Below are positions 58,879-64,000 of a stretch of 64,000 nucleotides of DNA, one piece after another (position 1 is the stretch's first letter; every line of letters starts with the position of its first letter). The stretch covers positions 1,364,001 to 1,428,000 of the forward strand of contig NC_087462.1 in the NCBI RefSeq assembly GCF_036321535.1. Reading direction: 5' to 3'. A model generated the notes under the pieces. The model saw only the letters and a program-made list of their open reading frames with translations, was not told the origin of the DNA and searched no databases. The DNA comes from Camelus dromedarius (Eukaryota). Made by a program: the position numbers and the translations under genes.

Positions 58879-58976
58879 GGGCTCTGGGGGCCCAGCCCTG
58901 TACAAAAGCACCCAACTGCACTCCGGGGGGAAGCACAGGAAAACAAAAGCAGACTTGCTAGGACAGGGGCAGCTTT

Positions 58977-61900
58977 TCAGTTGGTTGGGGGAGGGGGAGG
59001 AATGTTCCCAGGCCCTTCGGAGGGCAGTGGGGGCCTCAGCATCGGGGGCATGGGAGTCGGGGGATGAACCCCAGGATTGGAGGGGTGAACTCCAGGAGGC
59101 TGGGGATGGACCCCAGGAGCCGGAGGATGGACCCCAGGAGCTGATGGGTGGACCCCAGGAGGTGGGGGGTGGACTCCAGGAGGCTGGGGGTGGATCCCAG
59201 GGGCTGCTGGGTGGACCCCAGGAGCTGGTGGATGGACCCCCGGGGCCTGGGGGTGAACTGCAGGAGCTGGTGGATGGACCCCCGGGGCCTGGGGGTGAAC
59301 TGCAGGAGCTGGTGGGTGCACCCCTGGGGCCTGGGGGTGAACCCCAGCAGATGGGGGAGGATGGACCCCTGGTGCTGGAGGGTGGACTCCTGGCGCTGGA
59401 GGATGGACTCCCGGGGCTGGAGGGTGGACTCCAGGAGCAGGGGGGTGAACCCCAGATGCTGGTGGGTGGACCACTGGTGCTGGTGGGTGGACCCCAGGAG
59501 CTGGGGGATGCACCCCAGATGTTGGAGGATGGACTACTGGTGCTGGGGGATGGACACCGGGAGCTGGTGGGGGCAGCTGGGGAGGGCCTGGGGGCCCTGA
59601 GGGTGCAGGCCCGCTGGGTGGCATGGGCGGCAGGGGTAGGCCTCCCGGCGGGGGCGGTGGCAAAGACTCAGGCAGTGGCGGCCGAGGAGGCAGGCCATTC
59701 ATCAGTGGGGGTGGGGGCCGTTTCACCCCTGGAGGCCCGGCGGGGAGGCTCGGTGGGGCCGGCGGCTTCTCCATCTTAAAGTGGAACTGGAGGAAAAACT
59801 AGAAAAAAAAGAAGGGGCTGAATGGGACCCCTTGGGGCCCTGGCTGGGAGAAGGTTCTGGAGTTGCCCAGACTTGGAGTGACTCACCTGTTTGGTTTCCC
59901 GGTTCCAGTGAGTCCAAAACTTGCCTTCAGCCTTGTCAATCTCCCTGCTCGGCACCTGTGTGGGGTGGGGGCGGGCAGAAGCGGGGCTTCAGGACCCCGA
60001 GGAGGCCCCCTGTCAGGGCAGGGTTGAGGTTTCAGGATAACAGTCGCTGACGCCGCTGCTTGGCAACCCGTGGGCCATCCTGCCCCGCCCCGCCCGGCGC
60101 CAGGCCTCTGCTTCTTGGCAGGCACCCAGCCTTCAACTCGTGCGCTGCGTTGTCCTTGGCCACCCCCTCAGCAGGCCAGGCCCGAAGGGACACCTCCAGC
60201 CTGGTCAGGAGGGGGCACCCCGAGTGGGCCCGAGGCCACCTGCCTGGATGGAGCAGACCCTCTGGCTGGCTCCCCACCTCACAAGATCCTGGACTCGCTA
60301 CCTTGAAGGCGATGGTCTCGTAGGGCTCAGCGGCCATGAGCAGGTATTGCCAGCGCCGGTCCGGTGGCTCGATCCTCTGCTCGTAGGCGGACATGAAGCG
60401 GTGGCGTGGCATGATGCCCTCGGCGATCTCGGGGTAGTCGATCTGTGGGGACACAGCAGGGTGGCAGCACTGCTTTTTGGGGCCCCTCCCCTCAGGACAG
60501 GGTCCCCGTGGCCTCAGCTCACCTGGAAGAGGAGGCTCTGCTGGCCCACCTCCGTGTCCCTCTGCTTGGTCACTGCAACAAGGGCGGGTCTCAGGACCAG
60601 GTCGGCTCATCTCCCCCGAAGACAAGGGACCCTGGTGCTGGCCGAACACCACCCACAAACAGGAGCGCGTGCCCTGGGGGCCGCTGCCTGGCTGGCAAAC
60701 GCCCATGGCCCTCCCTCCGCAGCTGGATGGGCACTGTCCACGGGTGGGGGCTGTGCCGCAGAGGCCCCCATCCCAGACCTGGCAGCACCGAGTGTGCGGG
60801 TTGAGGCAGCAGCCCTGCTTCTGGGAGAGGGTGCCCCTCGCTTCAGAGCTCTGCAGCTCCTGGCTGCTCTTCACGCAGCTCCTGGGCACACTGGACTCCC
60901 CGAGGCCCCAGTGCCCCCCCCCGACACCCAGAAGAGGCACGATGGCCCATCGTGGCCAAGAGGCCTTTGGTGGCCTCCTTGGGTGGATGCTGCCACCTTA
61001 GCCCTGGTTCACCAAGCAGGCCCACCCCAGGGCCTCTGCCAGCCACACACAGCACGTCTCCACTTTGGGAGGAACACCTGCCAGGCAGCCTGCCTCCCTT
61101 TCTCCCAGGAACACAGTCCTGGGCTCCAGTCGGGCCACCTGCCCAGCTTTCTGCTTCAGGTGACCCAGGCGCTGCTGCTGACACAGACCCTCACGCTAAC
61201 ATCCTCCTTCTTGTTGGATTAGGAGGACCCAGTACTGGTTCCCAGGTCACAGGCAGGGCCATGCCAGGGCTCGCTGTCCCCTCTCACACGCTCACCCACC
61301 TTCACTAGGACCTCCCAAGACACCCCAACGGGTATGGAGAAGACACTTAACTCCCCCGTCGTGTGGGGAGGGTGATCCCTGGCTCCCAGGGGAGGAACCC
61401 TTCCGACAGGAAATGAACAGACTCCCCAGAAGGCGGATGGAGGGGGCGTGGCTCAGGGCCAGGGCCGCCCTCACCTTTGTAGCCTGGGCGGCCGATCTTC
61501 ACGAACTTCTTCACCTCCACCTTGACCTTCTCTGGCGCTGGCTGGGCAGGGGCCTCCTTGGCCTCCTTGGCCGCTCGCCGGGCCCTGTAGGCAGGATGGA
61601 CACAGTGCCGCGGCCCCTCCACACGGGCCGCCAAGGCCACAGGCCCAGGTGCCAAGAGTGGCCTCCGCCTGACCTTGGAGCTGGTCTGGGAGGTGAGGGG
61701 GGCAGGGAATTAGGTGGGGTGATGGGGGGCGGGGTTGGGAGGTACTCACAAGTTGGTCTGATGCTTCTTCCCCTGGGTGTGTGCCAGGTAACTCCCCTGC
61801 AACAGGAGAGGGACACACAGTTCAAGACACGGGTAGAGGTGCCTGGGGGCCCTGATGGCGGCTGAGTAAACGTGGTCTAGAGGGTCTGCACAGAGGGGGA

Positions 61901-62657
61901 CGAGCGCCCGTAAAGGCGGAGAAGATGAAGGTCCCAGATGTCTGCGACACAGGAAGTCTCGCCGAGGCTGCAGGTGCAGGTGTGGGCCCAGCTGGACTGT
62001 GGGCGCCGCCAGGCACCTGGCAGTGAGTCCACCTCCGTGATGCCCAGAGAGGGGATGCGCACACCAGCGGTTCTCAACTAGGGTTCTTCTGGCCCCCCGG
62101 GGAAACCGTGCCCACGGTGGCCCCCCAGAGGACAGCCAGCCCAGTGCCGCAGGGCAGACCCGCACACGTGAGACTGTTTAATTCAGTGCTGCAGCCCGCA
62201 GCTGAGAGCTGGACATAAACCAAGTCCTCACCGGCATGGTAGAGGACAGAGGAGACCAAATCTTAACCGAGGTAAGGAGCCCAGCGTGAGCGTGAGCGGT
62301 CATCAGACCACCCTGGGTGCTCAGAATGCTGACTAGGGCCAGAGCCACACCATGCAGGACAGAGGCTGGGGACAGCGGGGCTTGGGCCTCTGTCTGGAGT
62401 GACAGTGTCTCTCCTAGAAAGACACGTTTGAGCCGGGCCCCGCTGTGTCAGTGGCCACTTTCAGGCCACCCGCGCCTCACTGGGTAGTGACCCACATCTC
62501 AGGAGTGACAAGGCCAGCGGGGCAGAGCCAGGCTGTATGGGGAGGGGAGGGGACGGGCAGGGGGGACAGGGACGGGCAGACACACCTCATTGTTGTGCAG
62601 TGTCAGGCACAACTTGCACTCATACGAGCCCAGGTGGTTTTTCATGAAGTAAGGGTC
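58977..62657 (-). CDS. SF3A2: Splicing factor 3A subunit 2 (SAP62), 5'-partial; first coding exon lies beyond the window
   Basis: Exons 62586-62657 ([24 protein letters not shown]), 61750-61796 ([15 protein letters not shown]; U1C-type zinc finger), 61475-61584, 60523-60572, 60302-60442, 59887-59955, 58977-59798 (Pro-rich tail with 24 GVHPPAP-like heptads). All GT-AG and phase-consistent. Confidence 0.97.
59055..59570 (-). repeat. Coding 21-bp tandem repeat (24 GVHPPAP-type heptads) of SF3A2
   Basis: Counted in the translation; contains a perfect 42-bp duplication at 59219-59302. Boundaries approximate. Confidence 0.9.
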
Positions 62658-63273
62658 CTGAAAGGAAAGTACGTTTGTCAGACAAAGGGAGGTGGCCCTG
62701 CCGTGCTGGGTCCGCGGCGCCAAGGCCTCTTTCTGTCCGAGACGCATGGCTCACCCTTGGCTGGCACTGGGGGTCGTCCTCGAGGAGAGGGACAAGCAGG
62801 AGCCCTTAAGGCAGCAGCATGGCCCCTGGGATCCTGCAGAAACCTGGAGTCTACCCTGCCTGTCTGCACCCACAGCAAGCTCCAGGAGGGGGGTCCCCCA
62901 GGGAGCCCCTGACCCCACACTCATGGCGACCTGGGGTCAAGAAGGAGGCGGAGCTGAAACAGCACCGTGGCTCATCACCTCCCCCCAGGACAGGCCAGCA
63001 CTCCAAGTGCTGCAGCACAAGCCCGACATGGGCAGAGAGAAGCAACCAGGTCAAAGGCTGGAGAAGGCCCGCGTCCCTGCGTGCCCTGTCAGTGGGGTCG
63101 GGCTCCAGGGCTGACCAGTGGCGCCCCTGAGAGGGGCGGCGGGGCAGGCACTTCTGACCTCAGGTGTGGAGCTGACACCAGGGGTTCAAGTCCTCATTCC
63201 CCAACCCAGTGGCTGTACCATCTGTGCAATGACAGTCCCACCCCACCTAACTCTGTTTCCTCATCTAGAAAAT

Positions 63274-63452
63274 GGGGAGAGGGGATAGCTCAAGTGGTAG
63301 AGTGTGTGCTTAGCATGCCCGAGGTCCTGGGTTCAACCCCTAGTACCTCCTCTGAAAGAAAATAAATCTAATTACCTCCCCCGACCCCCACCACAATAAA
63401 ATAATTACATGATACAATAACAAATAAAATCTATAAAAAAAGAAAAAAAAAG
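63274..63452 (+). mobile_element. Vic-1-type SINE nested in a MIR
   Basis: Same head and tail. The flanking MIR core (CTCTGTTTCCTCATCTAGAAAATGGGG ... GTAACAGAACCAGCCTCACAGG) is split by the insertion. Confidence 0.85.
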
Positions 63453-64000
63453 AGTAACAGAACCAGCCTCACAGGCCAGGCCTGCAAGAGGCCTGGGGGG
63501 TGCCTGGCACACAGAGAGGGCCCGACACATCTCAAAGTGTAAGGGGCCACTGCACACAACACTGGGGGTCGCTCTGGCGGCTCTGCCCCCAGGGGACACC
63601 GGGCGTCGCCTGGGGCCTCTGCGTCCAGCGTACTGGGGCTGCTCCTGGCATGAGTGGGCAGGCACCAGGGACGCTGCTCACCCCCCCACCTGAGGAATGA
63701 CCTGGCCCCGCAGCTACACTGAGGCTTAGAAACCCTTAGTCAATCATCTGGGAAAATCCTGAGTCTGACCTCTGCTCATATCACACACCAGAATAAACTC
63801 CAGACGGCACAAACCAGGGTAACCCCAGAATCTAAATCCCCACCCCCACTCAGGTGTGACGTGTGCAGCATCCCAGGACCTCAGAGGTCAGAGGGTCATG
63901 GAGTGCGTGTTGGGGCTGGTCCGTGGAACCCCTAAGCCAGGGGTCTCACCAGGGGAGGTCTGCCCCCAAGGCTGCCCCACCCCCCCAGTGCCTGGGACGC

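Noticed and set aside
59055-59570. Regular 21-bp repeats as a CRISPR-like array
   Set aside because: No spacers; coding heptad repeat of a eukaryotic gene.
58511-59779. 422-aa plus-strand ORF with GG-rich repeats
   Set aside because: Antisense shadow of the Pro-rich SF3A2 last exon (CCN codons read as NGG). It starts at GTG, and its repeats simply mirror the heptads.
60140-61222. 360-aa plus-strand ORF
   Set aside because: Antisense to SF3A2 exons and introns; no family resemblance.
40939-63452. tRNA-Ala-like sequences as tRNA genes
   Set aside because: Mutated stems, non-tRNA tails, A-rich ends and target-site duplications mark them as SINEs.
62658-64000. SF3A2 first coding exon (MDFQHRPGGK...)
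   Set aside because: Not found in this stretch; it must lie beyond the window.

Overview
Mammalian, very GC-rich genomic DNA, orthologous to human 19p13.3 / mouse chr10. It is most likely from a camelid, because it carries six tRNA-Ala-derived Vic-1-type SINEs. I rebuilt exon structures by hand from splice signals and recalled orthologue proteins. IZUMO4 is complete (+, 10 coding exons, 218 aa). AP3D1 is complete (-, 32 coding exons, 1205 aa, two GC-AG introns). JSRP1 is complete (+, 6 coding exons, 340 aa). AMH is complete (-, 5 exons, 575 aa) with its SF-1/SOX9/GATA promoter. SF3A2 is 5'-truncated by the window edge (-, 7 of 8 coding exons). A probable non-coding first exon of the head-to-head neighbour of IZUMO4 (MOB3A by synteny) is at about 4.5 kb. 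The rest is introns and old repeats (L1, MLT1, MER20, MER33, Tigger, MIR, L2). I see no convincing new gene or biological system, and the many long ORFs are GC-rich shadows. The most notable observations are: (1) gene order AP3D1-JSRP1-AMH-SF3A2, implying an inversion of the DOT1L..JSRP1 block relative to human/mouse with a breakpoint in the L1-dense 44-52 kb interval; (2) two ancient L1MB fragments 35 kb apart that are 116/120 identical, suggesting recent ectopic gene conversion; (3) AT-to-GC rewriting of old repeats; (4) loss of the secondary AMH cleavage site; (5) a perfect 42-bp duplication in the SF3A2 heptad array. All comparisons to human, mouse, bovine and repeat consensus sequences are from memory and were not run as searches.
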